A program made the position numbers and the translations under genes. 64,000 nt of DNA, from NCBI GenBank assembly GCA_963727525.1, contig CAVSGO010000007.1, positions 1,856,001 through 1,920,000 on the forward strand, written 5' to 3'. The stretch is from an uncultured bacterium. Lineage in GTDB: Bacteria; Krumholzibacteriota; Krumholzibacteriia; LZORAL124-64-63. Positions 1 through 9,658 of this stretch are shown piece by piece (the stretch's first letter is position 1; each line of letters starts with the position of its first letter). The notes beneath the pieces were generated by a model, which saw only the letters and a program-made list of their open reading frames with translations, was not told where the DNA came from and made no database searches.

Positions 1-109
1 CGGACAGGGGTTCGCCCGCGTCGTCCCTGGCATCATGGTCCCCGGGATTGTCATCTCTCGGACTACCCGGCTTGGAGCCGTTACGCGAGGATTTCTTCGT
101 CTTGGCCAT
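1..109 (-). CDS. 5' end of a gene running off the window (MAKTKKSSRNG...), product unknown
   Basis: ATG at 109-107 preceded by GGAGG; open frame to the window edge; downstream of glgC on the same strand. Confidence 0.55.
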   Translation of the reverse strand, partial: MAKTKKSSRNGSKPGSPRDDNPGDHDARDDAGEPLS

Positions 110-181
110 GGATCCTCCAGCAGCAGGGCCGGCCACCGAGGCCAGCCCAGGCTCAAAAGATCGACCGAATCGGTGCCGCGG

Positions 182-1471
182 TCAACCAGCGTCCATGCCG
201 GACAGGTCCATCTCCTTGGGAACGACGACGATACCCCGATCCGTGACCTTGAACAGCCGCCGGTCGCGCTCGAGGTCGCGCCCGATCACCATGCCTTCGG
301 GAATTCGCACGTCCTTGTCGCAGATCACCCGGTGCAACTCGGCATAGCGGCCCACCTGAACGCCGTCCATCAGGATGGAGTCGGACACCTTCCCGTAGGA
401 ATTCACCTTGATGCCGCGGTGCAGGATCGAGTGCTCCACGCGCGCGCCGGACACCACCGAGCCGCCCCCGATAATCGAGTTGGCCAGCACGCCCGGAAGC
501 TGCTCATCCTCGGTGAATCCGTGGATGGCCTTGGCCGGCGGCACGGGCGGTTGCCAGGCCCGGAATGGCCAGTCGCGGTCGTAGAGATTGAGCTGGGGGT
601 TGCGCGACACGAGGTCCATGGCCGCATCGTAGAAGCTGTCGAGCGTGCCGATGTCGCGCCAGTAGAGCGGCAGCAGCGTCTTCTCGTCGCGGAAGGGGTA
701 GGCGTACACCCCGCCCTCCTCCACCAAGCGCGGGATGATGTCCTTGCCGAAGTCGTGATTCGAGTCCGGGCGCCGCGCGTCGTTGCACAGCTCCTTCACC
801 AGGGATTCCGTGTCGAAGACGTACACGCCCATGTTCACGAGGCAATGATGCGGATCGCCGGGAATGGTCTTGGGATTGGGCGGCTTCTCCTCGTAGCCGA
901 TCACGCGCCAGTCGGCATCCACCTCGAGGATACCGAACTGGTTGGCGCCCTCGCGCGGCACGACGGCGGCACAGAGGCTGAACGGCGCTCCCTTGGCGAT
1001 GTGGAAGTTCATGAAGTCGCCGTAGTCCATCTTGTAGACGTGGTCGCCCGAGAGGATCAGCACATGGAGTGGCCGGTGCTTCTCCAGCAGGTAGATGTTG
1101 TGATACACCGCGTCGGCCGTGCCCTCGTACCATTTGGTGCCGATGCGATGTTGAGGCGGGATCCGGTAGAGGAACTCGTCGGCCTCGTAGTTGAAGATGT
1201 TCCAGCCGCGCTGCAGGTGTTTGTCCAGCGAATAGCTCTTGTATTGCGTGAGCACGAAGATCCGGCGCAGCCCGCTGTTGAAGCAGTTGGAGAGGGTGAA
1301 GTCGATGATGCGGTAATGGCCACCGAAGGGGACCGAGGGCTTGGATCGGTCTCTCGTGAGGGGGTACAACCGTTCGCCCTGACCCCCGGCCAGCACGATG
1401 GTCAGAGTCCGGCGCATGCGCTGCAGCAAATCCACTGATCGCGGCTCCCCGGTTCCCGCGCGGGTGCTCAA
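182..1471 (-). CDS. glgC: glucose-1-phosphate adenylyltransferase
   Basis: LAGGQGERLYPLT..RSKPSVPFGG, WYEGTADAV, LSGDHVYKMDY, DFGKDIIP, YWRDIGT, C-terminal beta-helix; true start may be slightly downstream. Confidence 0.96.
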   Translation of the reverse strand: MSTRAGTGEPRSVDLLQRMRRTLTIVLAGGQGERLYPLTRDRSKPSVPFGGHYRIIDFTLSNCFNSGLRRIFVLTQYKSYSLDKHLQRGWNIFNYEADEFLYRIPPQHRIGTKWYEGTADAVYHNIYLLEKHRPLHVLILSGDHVYKMDYGDFMNFHIAKGAPFSLCAAVVPREGANQFGILEVDADWRVIGYEEKPPNPKTIPGDPHHCLVNMGVYVFDTESLVKELCNDARRPDSNHDFGKDIIPRLVEEGGVYAYPFRDEKTLLPLYWRDIGTLDSFYDAAMDLVSRNPQLNLYDRDWPFRAWQPPVPPAKAIHGFTEDEQLPGVLANSIIGGGSVVSGARVEHSILHRGIKVNSYGKVSDSILMDGVQVGRYAELHRVICDKDVRIPEGMVIGRDLERDRRLFKVTDRGIVVVPKEMDLSGMDAG

Positions 1472-1496
1472 CCGGCCGCCCGCGCGAACCGCGGGA

Positions 1497-1865
1497 TTAG
1501 TTCTCGATCATCTTGGCGGCCAGCAGTTCCTTGACCTTGGCCAGGAGTTCCGTGACATCCGACGACTTCGTGATGTACGCGTCAGCAGACCAGGTCAGGA
1601 AGTTTTCCTTGTAGCTCGAGTACGCGGTGTTCAGGATCACCGGAATGGTATTATCCATATCCAGGATCCTTTGCAAAGCTTCGATTCCGTCCATGCCCGC
1701 CATCCTGATGTCAAGAATCACCAGATCGGGCTTCATGGTCTCGACGTACTCGAGTGCCTGTTCCGCGTCGGAGGCAGTCAGCGTCTCGTAGCCGGCTCGC
1801 CGCAGTTCCGTCTCGTATAGCAGGCGCAGATGGGGCTCGTCGTCCACGATCAGGACTTTTACCAT
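1497..1865 (-). CDS. single-domain response regulator
   Basis: VLIVDDE, DLVILDIRM, NTAY, YITKS receiver motifs; GGAGG RBS. Confidence 0.93.
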   Translation of the reverse strand: MVKVLIVDDEPHLRLLYETELRRAGYETLTASDAEQALEYVETMKPDLVILDIRMAGMDGIEALQRILDMDNTIPVILNTAYSSYKENFLTWSADAYITKSSDVTELLAKVKELLAAKMIEN

Positions 1866-1949
1866 GTCATACCTCCTTGCCGGCCCTCCCGGGTGAGGGC
1901 GTCGTGAAACACCATATCAGAGGCGCCGAGCTTCAGCCAGGGCAATCGC

Positions 1950-3716
1950 TCAGTGGTCCGGTTCCGCGGCGCCACGCGGCAGGGGCAGAATGAAGCTGAC
2001 CCGCGCGCCGCCCTCCGGTCGGTTCTCCGCGCGCAACACGCCCCCGTGGGCCTTGATGATCTGGGCGCAGATCGTCAGGCCCAGTCCCGAACCAGTGGTC
2101 TTGGTCGTGAAGAAAGGCGCGAACATCCGTTCGGCCACATCCTTGGCAATTCCCGGGCCCTGATCCTCCACCTGGACAAGCACACCGCCCCCGAGGGTCC
2201 GGCTGTGGACACGCACGATTCCCCCATCTGGTTGGGTCTGGATCGCGTTAACTATCAAATTTTGCAGTACTTGTTGAATTTCACCGGGATGGCAGTTCAC
2301 CTCCGTAGGACCAGCTTGCAGGTCGCGCGCGAGGGTGACACCCGCCTCCGCGAATTGCGGTTCCATCTTGGCGAGCGCATCCTCCACCACGCGATCCGCT
2401 GACACGATCCTGCGCATCATCTTCTGCGGTCGGATGAAATCCAGCAAGTCGTGGATGATCCGCTCGAGACGCTCCACCTCGCCGGTGATGATCTTGGCGA
2501 ACTCGCGGTTCGGATCGCCCTCGGGTAGTCCGCGCAGCAGCGAGCGCGCGAAACCGCCGATCGCGACGAGAGGATTGCGGAGTTCGTGCGCGACGATGGC
2601 GGAGGTCTCGCCCATCACCGAGAGTCGTTCCATGCGCAAGAGAGTCTGTTGATCCTCTTTCTGCTTCCGGTGCGCCTTGTGCAGATCGCGCACCTTCTGC
2701 GCGAGTTCGTGGGTCAGGCTACTGTTCTCGATGGCGTTGGCCGACTGGTTCGCGAAGAGTTGCAGGAACTCCAGGTCGAGCGGCGTGATCTCGAGACCGC
2801 TGATGGCGTTGTCCGCGATGAGCACCCCCAGAGGACCCTGACGGGTAGCAAGCGGTGCCACGGCGAAACGGTGCGCGCCCAGCCAGCCGCGAACGTCGTC
2901 GACGGACGGTCCGGAGTCGGTCTCGGTGACGTAGATGACCTTGCGGTCGAACATGGCCCGGATCAGCACGTTGTCGGCCTGGCCGAGCGGCACCTCGAGG
3001 CTTCGCACCACGTTGTTGACGGCCACGTCGGTCTCCTTGAGGGACCGGTCGTAGCTCGTCATCATCTCGTAGAGATCCGTGGGCTGGTGGGCGAGATCGG
3101 TCCAGATCCGCGCCGCCTCCTCGCGGCTGCTGGGGCCGATGGCGATCTCGCCGCGCAGCACCTTGCGCTTCTCGTCGATCAGCAGCAAGAATGCGCGGTT
3201 GAAGCGCAGGCCCTGGCCGGCGGTCATCGCGATGAGCACCGCCTCGAGCACCTGGTCGAGGCTGAGATGCGCCCCGTACAGCGCCTCGTTGAGCTGGTTG
3301 AGCAGGCTGAGCTTGGCAAGACGCGCCGCGCGCAGGGCATCCTGCGCCTCGAGTTCGCTCGCATCGTGCAGGACAAGACTGAAGTAGGCGCGCCCCATGG
3401 CGTCGTGGAAGCACTGGCAGTGCACCTCGGCCGGATGCACGGCGCCGCTGGCGGTGATCAGCTCCAGCTCATGATAGCAGCCAGCCTCGGGACAGTCCGG
3501 CGTGGCGCCGTCGCCGAAGACGTCGAGATTGGCGACGATCCGGTCGAGCGTCAGCCCACGCAACTGCTTGCGCGGGATCTGCAGGATGCGGGCCGCGCCA
3601 TCGCTCGCCATGACGATGTGCCAGTCGCTGCTGATGATGAGCTGGGCGACCTTGCTCGTGCCGAAGCCCAGTTCCGCGAGTTCCGCGGGATCGAAGTCCG
3701 CGTGCGGATCCGTCAT
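1950..3716 (-). CDS. PAS/GAF sensor histidine kinase
   Basis: AHELRNPL H-box, NLIVNA N-box, DQGPGI, FFTTK, GSGLGL; GAF-like middle; ATG 3716 has GGAGG RBS. Confidence 0.92.
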   Translation of the reverse strand: MTDPHADFDPAELAELGFGTSKVAQLIISSDWHIVMASDGAARILQIPRKQLRGLTLDRIVANLDVFGDGATPDCPEAGCYHELELITASGAVHPAEVHCQCFHDAMGRAYFSLVLHDASELEAQDALRAARLAKLSLLNQLNEALYGAHLSLDQVLEAVLIAMTAGQGLRFNRAFLLLIDEKRKVLRGEIAIGPSSREEAARIWTDLAHQPTDLYEMMTSYDRSLKETDVAVNNVVRSLEVPLGQADNVLIRAMFDRKVIYVTETDSGPSVDDVRGWLGAHRFAVAPLATRQGPLGVLIADNAISGLEITPLDLEFLQLFANQSANAIENSSLTHELAQKVRDLHKAHRKQKEDQQTLLRMERLSVMGETSAIVAHELRNPLVAIGGFARSLLRGLPEGDPNREFAKIITGEVERLERIIHDLLDFIRPQKMMRRIVSADRVVEDALAKMEPQFAEAGVTLARDLQAGPTEVNCHPGEIQQVLQNLIVNAIQTQPDGGIVRVHSRTLGGGVLVQVEDQGPGIAKDVAERMFAPFFTTKTTGSGLGLTICAQIIKAHGGVLRAENRPEGGARVSFILPLPRGAAEPDH

Positions 3717-3729
3717 GGTGGACACCTCC

Positions 3730-3852
3730 TCAGGCCGTGGTTGGCGACTTCAGTCGCCGGTAGGCCGCCTCGTATTGCGGAGCCGCTGCATCCCAGCCGA
3801 AGTCCTGCGCCATGCCGCCGAGGTGGCCGTAGAGGGGCAGCACGATGCGCAT
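3730..3852 (-). pseudogene. 40-codon remnant of glycogen synthase (glgA-like N- and C-terminal stubs fused)
   Basis: MRIVLPLYGHL + GMAQDFGWDAAAPQYEAAYRRL resemble GlgA 'VRxVLPxY' and C-terminal 'MxxDFSWxxSAxxYxxLY'; ATG overlaps the galT stop. Confidence 0.6.
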
Positions 3853-4880
3853 CACGTCTCGGCCTTTCCCCCGCGCAACTCCGCCAGGGCGTCGCGCAGA
3901 TGCGCGGCGGCCGTCGCTGGAGCGAGCGGATTGATGAAGAACCCGGATCCCGTCTCGAATCCCGCCATCGGCACGAGGCGCGGCAGAACCTCGAGATGCC
4001 AGTGGAACCCGTCGGCGGCGCCGCCGACCGGCCCCGTATGCAGCACGAGATTGTAAGCATGATCGCCGGCCGCGGCGCGTAGCGCCAGCAGGACGGAAAC
4101 GATCATGCCGCCGAGGTCCTCCAGTTCGGCCCCACTCGCCGCGGCAACGTGCGCCGCATGGCTGCGCGGCACGAGCACCACCTCCCAGGGGAAGCGACTG
4201 GCCCAGGGTGCGAGGGCTAGCCAGCACGGCGACGCAGCCACCACCCGCGCGGCATTCGCCTCCTCCTGCGCCGCCAGATCGCAGAACAGGCAGCGCCCCT
4301 GCTGCGCGCGCCAGGTCGCGAGAGCGCGCACCTCCTGGCGGACGACCGTCGGCACGACGGGCGTGGCGATGATCTGACCATGCGCGTGAGCGAGCGTGGC
4401 CCCTGCACCAGCCCCGGCGTTGACGAAGAACAGGACCGACACGATTCCCGGCATCGCCTCGAGCACCGCCACCCGGTCTCGCACGACCCGCAGGATCTCG
4501 GCCACGTGAACGGGCGCCAGGTCTGCCAGCGAGGCGCCGTGCTCGGGAGTGAAGACGACGACCTCGTGATGGCCATGGCCAGGCCAGCCGGTGGCGAGAT
4601 CCGGCGCGTCCGGCGCCGGCACGGCCGCACGCGGAACGAGGGCCGGATAGCGATTGGGGAAGACTCGCACGCGCCACGGCGACCGATTGGCCGCGAATCC
4701 GGCTGGGCGCCCGGTCGCCACGATCTCCGGCGGCGTCTGCGCTTCCTCGCCGGGACAGAAGGGGCACGGCCGCGCCGTGACGAACTCGCGGGCGAGACCG
4801 ATGTCGCGCGGACGCCCACCACGGTCGGGCGCGATGATCACCCACCCGTCCCGGAGCGCATCGTACCGTAGCTCGGACAT
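3852..4880 (-). CDS. galT: galactose-1-phosphate uridylyltransferase-like (GalT family)
   Basis: ELRYD..WVIIAPDR, CPFCPG, NRYPAL, GHHEVVV, HAHGQ active-site motif, CLFC, FHWHLE, AGFETGSG. Confidence 0.88.
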   Translation of the reverse strand: MSELRYDALRDGWVIIAPDRGGRPRDIGLAREFVTARPCPFCPGEEAQTPPEIVATGRPAGFAANRSPWRVRVFPNRYPALVPRAAVPAPDAPDLATGWPGHGHHEVVVFTPEHGASLADLAPVHVAEILRVVRDRVAVLEAMPGIVSVLFFVNAGAGAGATLAHAHGQIIATPVVPTVVRQEVRALATWRAQQGRCLFCDLAAQEEANAARVVAASPCWLALAPWASRFPWEVVLVPRSHAAHVAAASGAELEDLGGMIVSVLLALRAAAGDHAYNLVLHTGPVGGAADGFHWHLEVLPRLVPMAGFETGSGFFINPLAPATAAAHLRDALAELRGGKAET

Positions 4881-5012
4881 GGGGGCCTCCGCTGCCGAAA
4901 AATCGCGCGATTCCCGGGAACCCCGGGACGCGCCCCGCGTAGAATACCGCGTCTCCAGGAGAGTACCAGAGCTATCCCCCCATGGCTGCCTCCAGGAACA
5001 CATCGCGTATGC

Positions 5013-5045
5013 ACAGAGACGGGGCCCGCGGAGCCCCGTCTCTGT
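5013..5045 (-). terminator. hairpin downstream of the 5067-8120 gene
   Basis: ACAGAGACGGGGC-7nt-GCCCCGTCTCTGT 13-bp stem. Confidence 0.65.
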
Positions 5046-5066
5046 TTCTAGCCTGCACGCAGTGGG

Positions 5067-8000
5067 TTACTTGATGAGCGCCATCTTCCCGAGGCGCACG
5101 TCGTCGCCGGCCACGAGTTCACGCACGTAGATCCCCGACGCGACCGCGGCACCGCGTTCGTCGGTGCCGTCCCAGACCACGGAGCCCGGCCCCGCCGGTT
5201 GGCGACCGCGCAGGAGGGTCTTCACGAGGCGGCCGCGCAGGTCATAGATCCGCAGCGTCGCATCGCCGGTACGCGGCAGGTTGTAGGCGATGGTCGTCGA
5301 CGGGTTGAAGGGGTTGGGGTAGTTCCGAGCACTCAGCACGGGAGCGGCCGGAACGTCGGTGGGGGTACCGCCGCCGGTGCCGAAGTACGCGAGCACGTCG
5401 CCGAGCAAGCGCGTCCGCGCAGCCAGCGGCATTCCCGTGGCGTCCTCGTCGGGATCCGTGAGCACGGCTCCCAGCCCCATGGGTAACGTGATCACCGTTT
5501 CCCGCGTCGTCATCGCCTCGTGCAGCACCAGCGCCGCGTACGGATACACGCCTCCTTGTCCCTGCGCGTTCGTGAACTCGGCCAGCGATACGCTCCCCGG
5601 CTCGGGCACGAGGCCATCGAACGTCTGCCGCTGCGGACAGGCGCCGAGAGCGAGCCAGCGGTTCACCGACGTGACCACGGTGTTGTCGGCCATCGCGAGC
5701 ACGAGCGGCGACACCTGGCCGCCGATCGCCCCCGACACGTCGGCCGCGGTGACCTCCACGCCCATCTCCGCGGACACGAACGCCGCGCCCTGCGTACCCG
5801 ATGCCGCCACGCTCGACGCGAGATTCGCGCCGCAGAGCAGGGCATGGCCCGCCGTCGCCTGGAGCCAGGTCGTGAGCACCTGCAGGTCCCGTGACGGCTC
5901 GAGATCGGCGGCGCCATCGCCGAGCGTGGCGCGCGCATGGTCGCCGGCCGAGTAGAGCAGCGTGGCGTAGCCCGTGAGCTGGTCGGGTGTCGCACGGCCG
6001 CCGAGTCCGTTGCCGGCCCCGGCGGAGGGCGCGCGGGTGACGAATCGATCGAAGTCCACGCCCTCATGCAGACCGAGATTCGCGAAGGCGACGTCCCACT
6101 CGTCCTCGCGGTCGCCGGTCGTAAAGTCGTCCCAGAACAGGATGGCGGGCTGCGCCCCCAGCACGGCGTCGGTCAGGGTGGGCAAGGCGCGCATCGTGGC
6201 AACCCGCGGGTACGGCGACTCGCCCGCGAACGAGGCGAAGCCCGTCGTGTCAGCCGGCCAGGTCGTCATCGCGAGATCGGCGCCATCCAGCTCGCTCATG
6301 ATGAAATAGAAATGCAAGACGTCGCCAGGGAAGATGAGGTTCGAATCGGGCAGATCGAAGTAGTAGCGGTTCGGCACCACGGCACCGTCCGCATTTCGAC
6401 ACGGAGTGCCCTGGACCTGGAGCGAGATGACACCCTCGCCGTTGGGCTGCGCGACCCGGTATGGATTGAAGAGAGCATTCGCCTTCAGGCGGACCTTGAG
6501 GTTCGGTACACCGAGCGGGATAGCGCCCGCGCGCAGCACGGCCGATGTGATGACGATCGAGTCGCCCGGGTCGTTGCGCAGCGTCTCGAGCGGGCTGATC
6601 GACCGCCCCATGTCGAACCGGCACGAGTTGCGCCCCAGGTCAACGTAGTCGATCGAGCCGATGGCCGGGAACGTGTCTTGCGGCAGGTCGGCCTCGGCGA
6701 CGAGGATGGACGGCGCCGTCGCAGGCCACGCCTTCACCGCCACGTTATCGAAGTACGGGGCCGGCGTCGCGTCAGTGCCGGTGAGGCCCCAGACCCAGCC
6801 GTACTGCTGGACCCCGAGTTCCACCTGCACCCAGCGGCGGCCGGCAACGAGCAGATCGCCGACAAGCTCGTCCTGACGCAGATACGCCGGGCTGCCGTAG
6901 TAGAGCGCATCGCGCGATTGCCACGGCGCAGTATCGAGGTTGGCGGGATCATCGCTGGCAGTGGAGCGCACGCGCCAGCGGTAGAGCATGCCCGGCGACT
7001 GGCCGGCCAACGGTTCGTGGCGCCAGACGTCGAACGCGACCCTGGCCTGATCGCAGCCGTCGGGCCACGCCAGCGCCGGCGAGATGATCGCATTGTCGAG
7101 ATGGTGCGTCGGCCCCAGCAAGCCCCCCGTGGCATTCACCACGTATCCACCCGGACCGTAGCACCACTGGATGCATGGCGCGCCACCGGTTCCGGGCACC
7201 ACGGAACCGTCGTCGACGAAGCAGACCTGCCATGAGGCATTGCTGCGGCAGGGATCGAGGTCGAGCAGATTGTCTACCAGATGGGCGAAGTCGCCGACGC
7301 CAGCGTCGAACTCGGTGACCCAGGACACGGGCGTGCCCGGTTCGAAATCGTCGTATGTGGCCAGTTGGGTGTTCACGGACACGGCGATGTCGTCGATCTG
7401 ACAGCCGCCTGTGGTGGGGTACAGACCGTCCTCGTCGGACCAGATCTCGTCGGACACGAAGGTCCAGCGCAGAAGGATCGCATCGCCGTCGGCGCCCGCG
7501 TAGTCCTCCGGATCCACGGTGAACGACACGTCGACCGCGCGGTTGATCCGCCAGCCCTCGTAGATCGCCAGCGTGACCCAGCCACCCGCGCGAGAAAGGC
7601 TCAGCTGGACGTGGTCGAAGCCGGGTTCCGTGTCATGATTCAGATAGGCCTGTACCGTCACGTCGCTGGGCACGGCCGGGTCAGCCACGATGCCGGTCCA
7701 TCGCAGCTTGGCTTGCCAGCCGTTGCCGTAGCCGCTGCGACCGCTGGGGAACGTCGCCCCGCACCACATCGCATGGTTGCCGGCGCCGTGATCGCCCAGC
7801 GCCGCGGCGTTGAAGGTGGAGACGTGCCAGAGCGTGTCGCCCACCACGGTGTAGTCTTTCGAGGTCCACCCTTGCCAGTCGGGCCCACCGGCCGGTGTCT
7901 CGAAGCGCCCGTCCCAGCGATCGGGTCCGCCCAGCAGGACCAGGGTGTCGCGACTCGCCACGGCGCTCGCCGGCGGGCCGTATGGTGGCAACATGGTGGC

Positions 8001-8120
8001 GCCGGCCTGCGTCAGCAGCGGCGATGGCGCCGGCGTGAGCGCGCGGGCAGGACAGGAAATACTGTCCAGGAGGATCAGGCATACGCTGGCGGCGAGAACG
8101 GGGCCCAACGTGAAGCGCAT
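5067..8120 (-). CDS. large secreted protein with C-terminal FlgD-Ig/T9SS-like domain
   Basis: N-terminal signal peptide; tail NYPNPFNPSTTIAYNLP..IYDLRGRLV..WDGTD..VASGIY..KMALIK. Confidence 0.85.
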   Translation of the reverse strand: MRFTLGPVLAASVCLILLDSISCPARALTPAPSPLLTQAGATMLPPYGPPASAVASRDTLVLLGGPDRWDGRFETPAGGPDWQGWTSKDYTVVGDTLWHVSTFNAAALGDHGAGNHAMWCGATFPSGRSGYGNGWQAKLRWTGIVADPAVPSDVTVQAYLNHDTEPGFDHVQLSLSRAGGWVTLAIYEGWRINRAVDVSFTVDPEDYAGADGDAILLRWTFVSDEIWSDEDGLYPTTGGCQIDDIAVSVNTQLATYDDFEPGTPVSWVTEFDAGVGDFAHLVDNLLDLDPCRSNASWQVCFVDDGSVVPGTGGAPCIQWCYGPGGYVVNATGGLLGPTHHLDNAIISPALAWPDGCDQARVAFDVWRHEPLAGQSPGMLYRWRVRSTASDDPANLDTAPWQSRDALYYGSPAYLRQDELVGDLLVAGRRWVQVELGVQQYGWVWGLTGTDATPAPYFDNVAVKAWPATAPSILVAEADLPQDTFPAIGSIDYVDLGRNSCRFDMGRSISPLETLRNDPGDSIVITSAVLRAGAIPLGVPNLKVRLKANALFNPYRVAQPNGEGVISLQVQGTPCRNADGAVVPNRYYFDLPDSNLIFPGDVLHFYFIMSELDGADLAMTTWPADTTGFASFAGESPYPRVATMRALPTLTDAVLGAQPAILFWDDFTTGDREDEWDVAFANLGLHEGVDFDRFVTRAPSAGAGNGLGGRATPDQLTGYATLLYSAGDHARATLGDGAADLEPSRDLQVLTTWLQATAGHALLCGANLASSVAASGTQGAAFVSAEMGVEVTAADVSGAIGGQVSPLVLAMADNTVVTSVNRWLALGACPQRQTFDGLVPEPGSVSLAEFTNAQGQGGVYPYAALVLHEAMTTRETVITLPMGLGAVLTDPDEDATGMPLAARTRLLGDVLAYFGTGGGTPTDVPAAPVLSARNYPNPFNPSTTIAYNLPRTGDATLRIYDLRGRLVKTLLRGRQPAGPGSVVWDGTDERGAAVASGIYVRELVAGDDVRLGKMALIK

Positions 8121-8175
8121 GGGGTGTCCTTGGTCTGCGTGTCCGAGGTGCTCGTCGTCATGATACGAGGGTCCA

Positions 8176-8205
8176 ATTTTACCCTTTTTAGCATATGCGC
8201 GTCAA
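8176..8205 (-). promoter_or_regulatory. putative sigma70 promoter for the 8120 gene
   Basis: TTGACG-18nt-TAAAAT on the minus strand. Confidence 0.45.
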
Positions 8206-8221
8206 ACCGGTGGGTATGCAG

Positions 8222-8248
8222 GCAGGGGAGGCAGCCGGCCTCCCCTGC
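8222..8248 (-). terminator. hairpin downstream of the FlgD-tail remnants
   Basis: GCAGGGGAGGC-5nt-GCCTCCCCTGC. Confidence 0.6.
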
Positions 8249-8271
8249 ACTCCTAACCCCATTCAATACCG

Positions 8272-8460
8272 TTACTTGACGAGCGCCACCTTGCCGAACC
8301 CGACCTCCGCGCCCACCCGCGCTTCGTAGAAATATACCCCCGCGGCGGCGGCGGCACCGCGCTCGTCACGGCCGTCCCAGGCGAGAGCGTGGTCTCCGGC
8401 ACCACGACCGCCGCCCGGCCGGTCCAGATCGTCATCCGCCAGTGTCCAACGTGCGATGCC
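8272..8460 (-). pseudogene. orphan FlgD-like C-terminal tail fragment
   Basis: GDHALAWDGRDERGAAAAAGVYFYEARVG..GKVALVK* with no recognisable N-terminal part; 5' boundary approximate. Confidence 0.6.
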
Positions 8461-8534
8461 CTCGTTCACGATGCGCCGGTGCGCCCAACCGCGCCACGAT
8501 TCCCCCGAGAATACGGGCTTCTGCGTGCCGTCGA

Positions 8535-9591
8535 TCACTTCACAAGAGTCATCTTCGCAATCTTGCTCTGCCCGTCCGCACGAGCTTCGTAGAAATAGAC
8601 GCCGCTGGCTGCCTGGGCGCCACTGCGATCGCGGCCGTCCCAGCCGAAGTCGTACGCTCCGGCCTCGAGTTTCCCGTCAACGAGCGTTCGCACCAGCTCG
8701 CCCCGCACGCTGTAGACCTTCAGACTGACCGATCAGTATCTGGGCGAAGTTACCAACTCCCGGCGCGACCTGCGGACGCCAGTGGTCGGCGACACCGTCC
8801 TCGAAATCCTCGTTCTCCACCTCCGTACCGCAGACCGTGATCTGCACGTCGTCGAGGTGACAAGCACCATCGGAATCGTACAGGCAATCCTCATCGGACC
8901 AGCCTGAATCCGACACGAACCGCCAGCGCATCCGCAAGGCTCCGCCGAGGTAATTGCCGGGAGATACGGAGAAGTCGGTCTCGACCATTGCCACGCGGGC
9001 ACCGGTGTAGAACCCGATCTGCGACCAGCCGCCACTGTGGTATACCTCGGCGTAGACAAATTCGTAAAGGTCTTCACAGTTCGTGCGCAGAACCGCGCTG
9101 AGATGGCAGTTGTAAGATTGGGCCGGATTGGGCACCATATAGCCATAGAGTAGCCATTCGAACCAGCTGTTCCCATAGCCGAATCCGCAATCCGTGTCGA
9201 AATCAGCGCCGCAGACCATCGACCGGGCACCTGCGAGCGGCGCATGTGTGCTGACGAACCAGTGGGGATCGCCGTAGTAGGTATGGTCGACCGACCTCCA
9301 GCCATTCCAGTCGGGTTCGCCCGTGGCGTTCTCGAACGTGCCGTCGCGCGAGTCGTGTCCACCGATCAGATACACGGTATCGACGACCGCCTTGCCGGTC
9401 GCGACAGGCGCTCCCATGTGAAGAGAATTCACGTGAATGATGTTGTTACCAGTCGATCGTTGAAGCTCGCCGGGCCGCACGGAGCCCTGAGCCAGGCTTG
9501 CCTGCAAATAGGCAAACAAGGCGCTTGCCCCACCCTCGTCGTTCGGTTCATGATGGACCTCCCGGGACGCAAGGTGGGGCGCGCGTCCCAT
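8535..9591 (-). pseudogene. internally deleted paralog of the 5067-8120 secreted protein
   Basis: DTVYLIGG..DGTFE..DWNGW..GYGNSW..WSDED..GVGNFAQ matches the paralog N-domain, then jumps out of frame near 8730 to VSLKVYSVRGELVRTL..WDGRD..KMTLVK*. Confidence 0.7.
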
Positions 9592-9658
9592 GATACGGAT
9601 AGGTGACGATAATGTTTGAAAGGGATATCGAGCAATAGCTGACGCCGAGATGGCGGGA

